From: Lama glama
Taxonomy: Eukaryota
Direction: 5' to 3'
NCBI GenBank assembly: GCA_028534125.1
Contig: CM052816.1
Coordinates: forward strand, 74,650,001-74,714,000
DNA: 64,000 nt
Shown: positions 12,716 through 24,689 of the stretch, piece after piece
Position numbering within the stretch: position 1 is the first letter of the stretch
Layout of the letters: each line of letters opens with the position of its first letter
Notes under the pieces: model-generated
Database searches by the model: none
What the model saw: the letters and a program-made list of their open reading frames with translations, nothing else
What the model was told of the DNA's origin: nothing
Program-made: the position numbers and the translations under genes

Positions 12716-13890
12716 TGGTGCCCACACAACAGTAATGGGTGAAGCAAAGTATTCATCAAGTGTCCAACAGGTGGAGAATGCACACTCCTTTGACCTGTAG
12801 GAGCTTATAATCTCGCAGTTATGAAAGTAAATCTGAATTTACACATTAAAAAAAAAACTAATTTGACATAGAAAAGCTAATTTTTCCTCCAGAAATCTGA
12901 GGGCTTCCTATAGAGAGGTGGTCAGAAAAGCAGTCTGTACAACAGAAGGAAACATATGGTTTAAATATTTTTGTTCATTTGTTTTTTGAAAGCAAAGAGG
13001 CTGTTTCTTCAACTTCAATTTCCTCAGAAGTGCTGTGTATAAAACAGATGAACGCACAGCACTTTGCAGGGTGGAAGCAGGCAGTGGAGCCGGGGGGCCC
13101 TCTCCTCTGGACACCCCAAGGGCCCTGCTTGCTGGAGCACCGTTTGCAAATCTTCATGAACAGTTTGTGTTTGTAATCTCATATATGAAGGTCAAAGGTC
13201 AAATGGTCCTTTGACCATTTGATCGAAGCTCATGGTTTAAAACCAGGCCAACTAAATGTAGCCATTTAAGTACAGAAAAGTTTCATATACATGATCTGAA
13301 AGGTAATACTTTTTCTCCTTTAAAAACATGCAATGCTTTAAACAGTAGAATATGTAGGGATTACCTTTCAGTCAAACCATATTTATTCCTTCTAAGAAAA
13401 AAACATTTTTACATGATTGTCCCTTTGTATCTTCTTCGAAGTTGATCTCATTCAGAGCCAATAATTTGTGTTTTATGTAGATTGTGCCATTAGATACTAA
13501 CTCTAAGCTTCTAACAACTTGCAATCAAAGCAAAAATAAACAAAAAGCTTTAAAGTCTATTCTTTTCTGAACTTAGATTTAGAGGTTAGAGGAATTTCAG
13601 CATTGGGTAGCCTTAGATATCTACGTTATTTGTCTTCTCAGAATCAAAGCTCGAATAATTTATCAGAATTTCTTCTTTTGAATTTCATGCCCTTAGTTCC
13701 AAGGTAGCCAACGGTAATTTTCAGTTGGGACATTGCAAGTAAAAAGATCAAAGATTTCATTAAATATTCCGCATCCCTTATGTAAAATATGAAAAAAATA
13801 GTAACTATGGAAAGACTAAGACATAGAGGTTAACTATCCAAACTCAAACACATGATAAAATAATAAAATATTTGAATTATTACACAACAT

Positions 13891-13926
13891 CAATTACACA
13901 AGCAATTACACAAGCAATTACACAAG
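13891..13926. repeat. Perfect 12-bp tandem repeat (caattacacaag)x3
   Basis: Read directly. Confidence 0.95.
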
Positions 13927-14214
13927 GCTTGGTTGCTTCCAAGCCTATTATTAGGATTAGATCAAAACTTTATTAAGATGACTTTCTGATGAGTTTTATG
14001 GTCAATATATGTGCATATCAAGATAACACGTTTGACAATTGTTAGGCAGGCTCTGAAAATAATCCCCAGATCCAAAGCTGACACTAAATCCAGCTTACTA
14101 AGAAATACACCATGCATGCTTCATGATACTGATTTTGTCAAAGGCTGCACACCTATCCAAAGGCACCAAGGATAGGGGTTTGGCAAGTGGAGAAGAGTGG
14201 GAGGGAGTAAGTGA

Positions 14215-14400
14215 GTGTGGTACTAAGAGTGTAGGCGCCGAAGCCAGAAAACTTCTCTCTTCAACTGTGTCATTTACTACCTGTGAATCCCTGCACAAGT
14301 AACTTCACTTCCCCGAGCTCCATTCCCGAGGCGCTCAAGGCTACGTGACTCACAGTGAGCAGGATTAAGTGTGACATGTACACACAAAGCCAAGCACATT
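14215..14400 (+). mobile_element. MIR SINE
   Basis: gtgtggtactaagagtgtaggc...catttactacctgtga...caagtaacttcacttccccgagctc...aggattaagtg. Confidence 0.7.
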
Positions 14401-14724
14401 GAAGGGAGTGGGTCGTGTCTGACTTAGGGGGTCCTGCTTCACACTTGATGTTCAGGATACATGTTCAAAGTCAAATTTCTTCCAAGTTGTCACACTGTTA
14501 TAAGGACTTCTTAGTTAACTGACGAAGGCTCAGCTACACATCTGCCTACTGAATAAAGTTTTGTTCTTACTGTTGTTTTGTTTTGAGAGCATGCCCTGTG
14601 CCCAAGATGATGTTAGATATCAACATCATTGTATTTTTCACTCATAAAGCTTACTATTTAGTTACAAAGATTAGTCAGTTGAATATACGAGAGAGTCCAA
14701 ATAAAAGAGTGTATGTATGGAATT

Positions 14725-14909
14725 TTAAAATGTTATAATTAAATGTGATGTGATATTCTGGACTGAATTCTGGAACAGATAAAGGACATTAGTGGAAACC
14801 CAAGAAAATCTGAATAAAGTCTGGAGTTCAGTTAATAGTATTGTACTAATGTTGGTTTCTTGGTTTTGACAAATATATCATGATTATGAATGTTAATATT
14901 AAGGGAAAC
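14725..14909 (+). mobile_element. L1MC4-like 3' UTR fragment
   Basis: ctggaacagataaaggacattagtggaaa...aaaatctgaataaagtctggagttcagttaatagt. Confidence 0.75.
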
Positions 14910-14982
14910 GGGGTGGGGGTAATAGCGTAGTGGTAGAGAGCATGCTTATCATGCATGGGGTCCTGGGTTCACCTCACCAAAC
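14910..14982 (+). mobile_element. tRNA-derived SINE (camelid type), truncated
   Basis: tagcgtagtggtagagagcatgcttatcatgcatggggtcctgggttca, with A and B boxes. Confidence 0.8.
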
Positions 14983-16424
14983 TTTCATCCACAAACCATG
15001 GAGTTCAAGCAGGAAGAGTGGCCAGTGGAATCATGACAGTGTAAGGAAAAACGCTGGACGATGAGGAGAGAAAGGAGATTACCGCTAGCCTTTCAGTGGA
15101 GTGCTGAGCCTCCAGGGATTAGCTGACCCTATACAGGGATCTGAGCTTTTGTCTTTTCTATGTTATTTTATAGCTCTGAGGAGTCAGAAATTAACCTGAA
15201 GAAATGAGCTATAAAAGTAATTTTTGTCCAAAGGTGAAGCAGTTGTGCCCCATGGAATGTAATTGATTACCCTATTCATTTCAATACTCCTCTACCATAT
15301 ACACATTTGTGGTTCTCCTTGGAAATGGCTATCACGCCTTTTCTAGTTCCTTTCTTCATTAATATCTGTATTATTTTACATCTGTTTGTTTTATATCTGT
15401 AGGCTACTCATGATTTTACCTTTTAAGAAAATCAACCTTTAACAAAGAGAGTCAACTTTAAAGTGTTCCAATAATGGGAAAGTGTGCCTCTTTTTAGGTT
15501 CTCACATCTTACAGTGTATCATCACAGGCAGTTCTTTACCCAGAGGGGCCTTTTACCACAACCCCCATCACCTGCCTAGCCAGCTTTGTCCCTTAACTCA
15601 CCAAAAGTGTCACTTTACCTAAGGAGGGTCTCCCAGTACTGGCAGATAGAAATCTCTCTGACAAACATATATATCTGGGAATGGCTTTTACTATTGCTTT
15701 TAAGAGCCAAATTTCATAAGCCACCAATCCAGACATATCTTTCATTTTTATTGTATGGTAACAGTCTGGGCACATTAACTTTGGTTGATCAGAGAAAGGA
15801 GAAGAAAAAATATAAAAGAAGCAATTAGTACCAAGTGATCTTTTATGAGTGAAGGTTTGAAGTCTCCTCTCTTAGAGCAGGAGGGTGCTATGGGAAGGCA
15901 TCTTTCTGTGGTGTCCAACACCAGCCTGGCATTGTTTAGATTCGTTTAAACTCCAACAACTTTTCAAAGGAAGAATCACCGCCCCCACTTCAGTAAGCAG
16001 CAGAGCCAGATTTGTCTGATCCCAAAGCCTATCTCGTGCCCTGTCCAGAATGCCAAACTGCCTTTAGGCTTTTTGCAGTGGTTGCCATCCCAGTGGGCAT
16101 CTGCCGGCCCTAATTCACAAGCCAATCTCTGCATGGTCCCAGGAAACAGAGCTGCTGGCCAAGTGTCACTTGTCTAAGTTCACAACCCACCCACTCAGAT
16201 AGTTAACACAGCTGACTATCACCCTCATACGTGAATGATGGAGATAAACCACGTGTTATTCATGGTGAAAGTCAACGGTTATGACTGGGAAGGAGGCGCA
16301 GCAGAAAGAGCCCTTGAAAGAAAGCTAGAAGTGGGTTATAAATCTGTCACTGTTGCCGTGGAGTTTAATCCTAGGGAAGTCTTGTCATGCCAATTTCCAT
16401 AAATAAAGTGAGGATGTTGGATTC

Positions 16425-16596
16425 AGCTTTCCTTGGGGGTCTAGTAGATTATTCCTTGGGTGGGGCTTCCCCTGGCATTACAGAGATTTAGCATCCCTGA
16501 CTCCGGGCACTAAAATCCTGTAACTTTCCAGTCCTGTAACAACTGGATTTCTGAATGCCCCTAGGCCTTGCTTTAGCGAATGGCTGAGAATCACTG
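16425..16596. mobile_element. MER20-like hAT-Charlie element
   Basis: gattattccttgggtggggct...gatttagcatccctg...ggctgagaatcactg. Confidence 0.55.
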
Positions 16597-17541
16597 GTGG
16601 AGGATCTCAAATTCTATGAGGGCCTATGGCTCTACTGGGTCAAGACTGTCAGTATAAGCACGTGGCAGGGAAGCGGGAGTGGAGGCAGAAACCCCAGGCC
16701 AGCTCTACCATTGCAGGGTCCAGTCAAGATACTATTCTTCAAAGGAAGTGCTATTGGTATCTTTAATAGACCTCTTGGAATTCTGTTTAAAGAACAAATT
16801 TTAAAACTGAATATATATAATGATCACACAGGAGAAGTTTGCAGAGACATCCTGCAATAGTCACCACTGCCGGGTAAGGACTAGGCTCAGGGTGGCCATC
16901 CCAGTCGTCCTGCCCAAGAGGTGGCCTTGTAGGCCACATTCACAATAAAGGAGAAGGGCTAACAGCAGAAAACAAACCCATGGCCTGGCACACCCTACCT
17001 GCTTCTGGTTACAAGTAACCCCAGGGAGCTCCAGATACGCTGCCCAGTGCTCAGTTCCCAAACTCCTCACACAAAATGTCTACCTATCAAAAAACGTTAC
17101 CATGGTTTAAGTTCTGGCTCTGGAGCCACTTTGCCCATAGAGCCTCTCCTCAAATACTTTAGTCCAAACAGGTCTCCCTTCTCTCTAAATAAATGTAGCA
17201 CTTAAATCGTGTAACATAATTTTTCATTACATTGTATCACTGTCAGCAGTTCGGTAGTCACACTATGTACACTGTTAGTGTTGCTTTCCTAGCTTGAATG
17301 CTAGGTCACCAAATCAAGGGTCATGCCTGATACTACTTTTATATTCCCCAGGGCCCGGCACATTCCTGGGAACACAGTAACAGCTCAATAAATATGTGTT
17401 CTGTCTTTGATTTTTCACAGTGATCTCAAAAATACCACTAGCCTGGCCAAACCTGCATCCTGTCAACTAATAAATATTCTATTTACTCAGCATCTTTTCC
17501 CAAGTAGTTTTTAAAGTACTTTTCAGATGACATAATTAACT

Positions 17542-18041
17542 NNNNNNNNNNNNNNNNNNNNNNNNNNNNNNNNNNNNNNNNNNNNNNNNNNNNNNNNNNN
17601 NNNNNNNNNNNNNNNNNNNNNNNNNNNNNNNNNNNNNNNNNNNNNNNNNNNNNNNNNNNNNNNNNNNNNNNNNNNNNNNNNNNNNNNNNNNNNNNNNNNN
17701 NNNNNNNNNNNNNNNNNNNNNNNNNNNNNNNNNNNNNNNNNNNNNNNNNNNNNNNNNNNNNNNNNNNNNNNNNNNNNNNNNNNNNNNNNNNNNNNNNNNN
17801 NNNNNNNNNNNNNNNNNNNNNNNNNNNNNNNNNNNNNNNNNNNNNNNNNNNNNNNNNNNNNNNNNNNNNNNNNNNNNNNNNNNNNNNNNNNNNNNNNNNN
17901 NNNNNNNNNNNNNNNNNNNNNNNNNNNNNNNNNNNNNNNNNNNNNNNNNNNNNNNNNNNNNNNNNNNNNNNNNNNNNNNNNNNNNNNNNNNNNNNNNNNN
18001 NNNNNNNNNNNNNNNNNNNNNNNNNNNNNNNNNNNNNNNNN
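17542..18041. other. Assembly gap (500 N)
   Basis: Run of N. Confidence 1.
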
Positions 18042-18454
18042 GACAGAGAGGAATTATGTAGTTGCGTGTAGAATTCCATTTACTTGCATAGTATTACACT
18101 TCCCATAGACTGATAGAAGCTCAGGCATGAAAAAATGTTTTGAAACTATTATCATAATGTTCTGACTGTGGATGATTAATAATCTGAAAAGAATTAGTTG
18201 CTTACAGGTTTGAAATTTAGTGTCATGAACAGTGTAATGATATGGCTAAAACAGCTCGTGAATATTAAGCTGATTTAACAGATGTAGAAAGTCCAGAACT
18301 AAGGATTTCACATCTGGGTTTTAGAGGACATATGTTAGGAGGGATGGCGAGAATGTGGAATCGAGGGCATATTGGTCAGGGCAGAAAAAGGTGGGCCTCA
18401 CAGTGGGTGAAGAACAGCTCCAGGAATAGGCAAAAAAGAATATTCAGAAAGATG

Positions 18455-19026
18455 CAACTATATGCAATAGCCAAGACATGGGAGCAACCTAAATGTTCAT
18501 CAGCAGATGACTGGATAAAGAAGTTGCGATATATTTATACAATGGAATACTACTCAGTGACTAAAAAAGAATAAAGTAATGCCATTTGCAGCACATGGAT
18601 GGACCTGAAGATCGTCATTCTAAGTGAAGTAAGCCAGAAAAAGAAAGAAAAATACCATATGATATCACACATATGTGGAATCTAAATAAAAAGGAAAAAG
18701 AAAAAAGACACTAATGAACTCATCTATAAAACAGAAACAGACTCGTAGACATAGTAAACAATCTTATGGTTACCAGGGGAAAGGTAGTGTGAAGGGATAA
18801 ATTTGGGAGTTTCAGATTTTCAAATGTTAACCACTATACATAAAAATATATTAAAATACAGTTTTTTTCTGTATAGCACAGGGAACTATATTAAATATTG
18901 TATAATAATTTTCAACAAAAAAGAATACAAAAATGAATATATGTATATATATGCATGTCTGGGACTTTATGCTGTACACCAGAAACTGACACATTGTAAC
19001 TGACAATATACTTCAATTAGAAAAAG
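18455..19026 (+). mobile_element. Young lineage-specific L1, 5'-truncated (ORF2 C-terminus plus 3' UTR)
   Basis: Translation LYAIAKTWEQPKC...WIKKL.YIYTMEYYS matches the L1 ORF2 C-terminus; 3' UTR shared with copies at 40098 and 56768. Confidence 0.95.
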
Positions 19027-22000
19027 GAGCATTATGTCTGTTTCCTAATACAGCACTTAATTAGATTCATTATGTGTGACTCCAGCACCTTAATGGTAGG
19101 CCAATGCATAGAAAATGTTGATTCAGCGCAAGGCAGAATTTTTAAACATGAATCTCTCCTAGAATGGACTGGCCAGTGAGGAAGCAAGATTCTCATCGGA
19201 TTACTCCCAAGAAGAGGTAAGCTGGCCCACTCTCAGGGAGGGCTACCAAGGTGGAAGTTCTTACCTCTAAAGTCAGTGATCATACTAATCAACCATTTTA
19301 TTGGGTATATTATTTACATTATACTGTCCCAGTTTGAAAAAAAAATCACTCACCAAAAAGATAGCCTATATTGCGTTGTTCACACAGTTAATGGAGGTCT
19401 GACTCCAGTCTTACTAAACTTCAGGTCTTACCAATCCAGTATTCAGAAACTGATTCAGTGATTTGAATACTCATATTATTTAAATCATTACCACAGAGAT
19501 TATAGGGTTGTCTTTTTTTAAGAAGAAAAAGTGATGGTTGGTATGGGCACATGTGAACACGCTGAGAAATAGAGGTTAATTTCATTACTGACATACTTGC
19601 CAAAAACGCGTTCTTTGCAAGTAAACCAACTCTCCATAATTGTGCAATTTACCGGTAGAATGACCAGAGAAGCTTAAGATTAGCAGATTAAAAAATATAT
19701 AACCCATGCCTTTTTTCTAAGCTAAATAACGCTGTGCCACATTCTCATTCTATCACTCAGCTTTATATTTACTTAACAATGCTTACCAGCAGATAGCCAA
19801 AAAGGCTCGCCAAGCTGGACCAACTTTAAGATTTGTTTCCATGCTGGGGTGCTTCATGCACTTGGCAGAAGCAGCTCTAACTAGGGCTCCTTTATTACAT
19901 TATGCTATAAACATTATGTCCTGAGCTAAGATACTCAACATGACAACCCCATAGGTTACCAAGCATCATAAACACCTGTTAACACAGGCACCAGAGACAG
20001 CACAAGAAAGCATCTAGTATCCACGTTTAAGAGGTTTATGATGTGGAGTCTGCTGTTTAAAAACTAATAATCAAAAACAGCCCAAAATTCTGCCTAGAAC
20101 AAGTATTTGCAAGGCAAAGTTATGCTCAGTTTGAAAAAAAATGCACTCATGTCATCACTTTGTCAATTCATTTATAGCCTTTCCTTTCACACCTTTGCCC
20201 ATTAAGTGTTGGCTTTCCATGCCATTCGGAAGACCAAAACTGTAATTTTGCTGCAATATATTTACTCCAAAAGAAAAGCTGAATGTTGACTCACCAAATT
20301 TCCTCAGACTCATGTGAAGCAAAAAGTTTACAAGGGTGAAAGGAGATGAGAGATGGGACATACTTAAGCTACAAATGATGCTTTCCAATGGTCTCTGGGC
20401 TTAAAACACATCTTTTCAGCTCCATCTAAAGTCCATCTGAAGGGAAACCATAAATGACCCAGACCTCCTGAAATCTAATCTGGGAACACTGAACTTTGCT
20501 TTTCTCAAAAGTAAAGCGATTCCTCAGTCACAGAAAAGATGGAAACAACAATCCTGTCTACTAAATCATTTTATTTCGTTTCAGTCCAGCATTTTAATTT
20601 CTGGAAATGTTTTAACACTAGTTATCTCCAAGGTCTATCGCTTGGCACCCCAGAGAAAGGACTTCCAGGGTGACCCAGAAGAAATAGCCTAGCGCACCAG
20701 TTGCTCAAGGCGCAGAGCTGCCGCAACACCTGTGAGGAAAGGAGTGTCTTCCCAGGCACTCATACCAAGGAGTCTAAACACCCCAGCGGCTGTGGACAAC
20801 AGCACCCTGGGAAGCCATAGATCCAGCTTGGGCCCGCGTCTCCGGGACTCTGCACCCATACATCCACACATCTAGAATTCCTGTCCTCCCTTTGCAGGTA
20901 TCCTAAGAGTTCCAGAATCCTCCACCTCCAGCCCTCAGCCCTTCCAAGGCAACGGCTTTAGTGTTCTAAAGTCTGTGGTACTTAAGTCTTAGGGAGAAAC
21001 TCCTGCGACTCCCCAACCCTCTGGCCTCCCGTTACCTTTCCCGGTCCTTCCCAAGGTCTCCCGGCGGCACAAACAGGCGGGCGGCACCTCTTTGGCCTCC
21101 GCCCCCGCCCCCCTACCCCCGCAGCACACCCTACTGGCTCAGGCTCCGACACGCCTCCCCAGGCGCACACACGCGCGCACACACACACAGCAGGCACGTA
21201 CACCCGTTCAGCACACATACCCGCAAAAGGCCACCGACTCCCGCAGCCCGGCCCCAGCAGGCGTCCCCCATCCCCGGGTTATATATAAAACACTCAACCC
21301 ACAATAGACTTACCCCTGCAACCGAAAGTGGGGGACCCTGCCAGGCACCCACTGCGCGCCGCCAGAGTCTTCTCTCCAGACCCGCCGTTACCGGACTCAC
21401 CCGCGGCTCTCGAGCCTCGGGCAGTTCTGTCAAAACTTTAAACCTGGTTGATTTCATAACCACCAGCATGTCCAGGGCTGGGGAAGCTCGGCTCGTCACG
21501 ATCTCCACCCACCCCAGCTCACGGGGACTGGTGGCCGTGACTCTACTGACCCCAGCTCCTAGAGTGTCAATGCGCGGCTGCAGCCCGCACAAACGCGCCA
21601 AGGGAGGTGCGCTTTGGGGAGGAGAGAGCGGTGTGGACGCGCACAGCCTGACAACCTCCCCTCTCCTCCCGCCTCGTCGCGGGGGACCTCTCCCCGCTCA
21701 GCAGCCGAGCCTCAGCGGTTCCTGCCCCAGCCCGGCTGATGATGTCAAACAGAAACATTCGCAAAACTTCTAAGTCTTTAACAAAACTGGCTTCGGAAGA
21801 AGCCCCTCCATGCACCACAAACACGGGTCGGAGCAAGCGCCAGCGTGGAAAGGTTCGCCTGTCACCCCCAACTCCCTGACGCCACCCCCCGCAACTTACA
21901 CACACATACGTCCAGAGCGTGGATCGGGTTACAACTACCCACCAGCAGAAAACAACTTCTTGGCGAGGAGAAGGGGAGTACGGCCAACCTCCAAGTCACC

Positions 22001-22252
22001 CGGAAAAAAATTATCCGTGTAAATATATAAGGCAGATCCCCACTTTCACAAACAACTGGCGTCCCAGGGTCCACTCCCAGGCCCCCTGACACAACAGGGG
22101 GAACGTAAGAGCTCGATCCCGGAGCCCCCTTCCAGTACCTCCGAGCCTCGCCTCCGGACAGAGAGCGCGGGTTCGCGTCCGCGTGTGGGCCGAGGGCGCA
22201 GGGCCCGCCGGCCTGCGTGGCCCCAGCCCGGGGTCCCCGCCGCCGCCTCGGC

Positions 22253-22348
22253 TCAGCAGCAGCAGCCGCCGCCGCCGCCGCCGCCGCAGCAGCCGCCGCT
22301 GCAGCCGCCGCCGCCGCCGCCGCTCCCTAGACCGCCTCCTCTTCCCAT
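22253..22348 (-). CDS. Candidate uORF, 31 aa MGRGGGLGSGGGGGGCSGGCCGGGGGGGCCC*
   Basis: ATG in gcagccATGG context, open through the GGC repeat, TGA at 22255-22253; translation not demonstrated. Confidence 0.3.
   Translation of the reverse strand: MGRGGGLGSGGGGGGCSGGCCGGGGGGGCCC
22254..22322. repeat. Interrupted trinucleotide repeat (CAG)4(CCG)7(CAG)2(CCG)2 CTG CAG (CCG)6
   Basis: Read directly: 23 triplets. Confidence 0.97.
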
Positions 22349-22924
22349 GGCTGCGCCCGGCTTGGCAGCTCTCGGGCTGTCAGGCTGGGGAGGGGGAGGG
22401 GGCGGGGTGAAACGGGAAGGGAGGATGGGAGGGGAGGGGTGGGAAACGGCGGCCGCCGTTCACCAGGGGTCACGCCGGGCCCGGCCCGCAGCCCCTGGGA
22501 CCCGGGCGGCTGCCGCGAGGGGAAGCGGGAGTTCAGAGCGGCCGGTTCGAGACCCGACCAGCATTCCGCGGAGCTGGGATGAAGCGTTCCCGGGCGAGGA
22601 CTTGGAGTGGGTGCGCGTCACTCTCATCTGGGCTGCGCGGCTCCTCCTAGAGGAAAATATTGGTAGCTGCAGGACACTTCCTTCCTCTCCGCCCACTCCT
22701 GTTCCCAAAAAGAAGGCAGGACCCGAAAGAGCTGAAGTGCCGTCAACAAATTCAAAGGAACGCTGACAGAAAAGTTAGCTAGCTGCTGGCATGAGGAAAG
22801 AAACGGACCAGAGAGCTTGAAAGCGTAATTAGCAAACCAAACATTGCCTCTTTCCACCTGCAACCAATTTCCAAACTCCTGTTCTCTGGGACACGGTGGA
22901 AAGATAGTTAAAAGTTGGAAGGAC

Positions 22925-23190
22925 CTTATTGTAGAGGTTAGAAAACGAGACAGGTGAAGTAATTTACCATGGACACAAAGCATGTTAGAAGAGAGGCGTG
23001 TCCAGATACCGGAGCACAGGGCGGCACAATGTCCAGAAACGGGCCTCACCCTGAGGACTGTCCTTGTGTGTGACCTGGGGAGCGCGTTTTTAACTGCCCT
23101 ACGCTGGACTTCTGTCAAATACCGGCCTGCCCACCTCATTCCATTGCAGGGTAAGTAAAGTGAGAGGAGAAGCTGTCACAATGCTTCAGA
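22925..23190. mobile_element. Two adjacent MIR fragments in opposite orientation
   Basis: gagacaggtgaagtaatttaccatggacacaaagc (minus) then tgtgtgacctgggga...cctgcccacctcattccattgcagg (plus). Confidence 0.55.
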
Positions 23191-24689
23191 AAGTCAGTGT
23201 CTTTGTGCATAAGCCTGTCATTCTGTTAAAGCATCAAACTCCCTGTCACCACACACACGTTTCTCAGCAGAAAGTACAAAAGTCCAGTCCTAGGTTGTCT
23301 GAGATCTGACGGAGCAGCCAGCCATGCTATCTTTTTACTATTTACTTTATTACCGACAGCCAGTTGTAATGTCATTTATTTAACAGCTTTGGCTTACCAA
23401 ATGACATTTTTTTTTTTAAAACAGGGCTCCCAGACACAAAACCAAATTTATACCCAGAGAGAAATGTTGAAGCAACAGCTTAAAGAAACCAAGCTTCCTA
23501 GCACTAGAATAAAAGATTCTCAGGACATGGAAAACAGCACAGTGAGACCAAGACTTGGGAAGGAACATAGGACCAAGGACTTTGGGACAGCAGCTGTCAC
23601 AGAAGATTCCCTTGTTTTTAAAGGAATCGAAAAAGTGGGAAATTCTGTTCCTTAAAGTCCTTTCTGGTGCTCAGCTGTGGCTCAACAACCCAACTGTTCA
23701 AGGCAAAGTTACCGAAAATGAAAGGGGAGGAAAGATTCTAGAGAGGGTGTAGATTATTACTGTCCTATCCTGGGGCAGCAGGCAAGTTGGTGTTGATCTT
23801 GAACTGGTTCCACTCTATCCCAGCAGAATAATAGCATAAGGTTTTCTTCCCGAAGACTCCCCTAATCCCTTGATTTCTGGGGCCCCATGTTTTGCTAGAG
23901 CAGTGGGAGTGCTTACCAGTGTCTGGAGCTTTTAAAAGGGGAGTTGCCCACATAGAGGGAGATTAGGACACAGGGATGCAGAACACCTGCTGGGTGGTCA
24001 GTGCTGCCAGGCTGGCTGAAAGGGCAGCCCTGGCAGGAGTGGAGACCAGGCAGGCAGTCCTCAAATGCTGACTCCACTCATTCTGGGATGACCTTCCAAG
24101 TTGGCTGTTCAGATTCTGGTACCGCCAAGTTCTCACTTTATAGCTCCTCTGTGCCTTCTCATCTTTTTTCTCCTCTACCCCCATCCCTCAAGCTCAGAGA
24201 ATCTTGATCCAGTGTCAGAGGTGCCAGATGGGCTCACAAAATGTTTTCTAAGATCTGTTGTATCTGCCCTGAGATGATTCCAGGGCCATGTTTAACAAAG
24301 GAAGATTACCTTCTTTTTCCCCCTGGGTTCAGCTATAGCCTTCATTCTGTGAGACAGGAAACTTGACTGCTCCATCTTTGGTAGAAATGGAACTGTGCAC
24401 AGAAAACATAGATCAATATAAAATAGTATAGAACCAGATAGAAATTTGCAATGTAGATGAAAGGCAGTCCTTCTTTTTAAGCCCCATGAATAAAAGTCCT
24501 CCAGTCTCATATATGATGACCTGTAGGTCTATAGGAGCACTTGCCTCTATGTATTTTCCAGATTATGAGGGAAAATGTATCTGAATTAACTGATTTAACT
24601 AATTAAGTCACTGAATTAACTAATTTGCTATAACCTACAGCATGCCAGAGCATGTTTACCTTATGAAATGTGAAATTGTACTTACTCAT

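Larger units (their letters stand above)
22139..22385 (-). other. Probable 5'UTR first exon of an unidentified minus-strand gene; TSS approximate
   Basis: On the minus strand it lies just downstream of the GC-box/G-tract block, contains GGC repeats typical of 5'UTRs, and ends at donor GAG|GTACTG (GT at 22138-22137). Further minus-strand donors: GTAAGT at 21899-21894, GTGAGT at 21400-21395, GTAAGT at 21313-21308. Confidence 0.55.
20950..22620. promoter_or_regulatory. CpG island promoter
   Basis: Abrupt switch to GC- and CpG-rich sequence in a CpG-depleted AT-rich background; GC boxes and G-tracts at ~22386-22445; CCG repeats. Confidence 0.93.

Noticed and set aside
17483..18079. 198-aa ORF
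   Set aside because: Artefact of the N gap
21131..21601. 156-aa minus-strand ORF in the CpG island
   Set aside because: Non-ATG start, runs across splice donors into (GT)n-like sequence, no recognisable homology
22139..22385. Assigning a gene symbol to the promoter
   Set aside because: No coding exon in the window and the 5'UTR is not recognised with confidence
22185..22766. 193-aa plus-strand ORF with huntingtin-like polyQ/polyP
   Set aside because: Starts at GTG; Q/P runs are just the CAG/CCG repeat; no HTT N-terminal sequence; long ORFs are expected in GC-rich islands. The internal ATG at 22347 lacks a -3 purine and gives no recognisable protein
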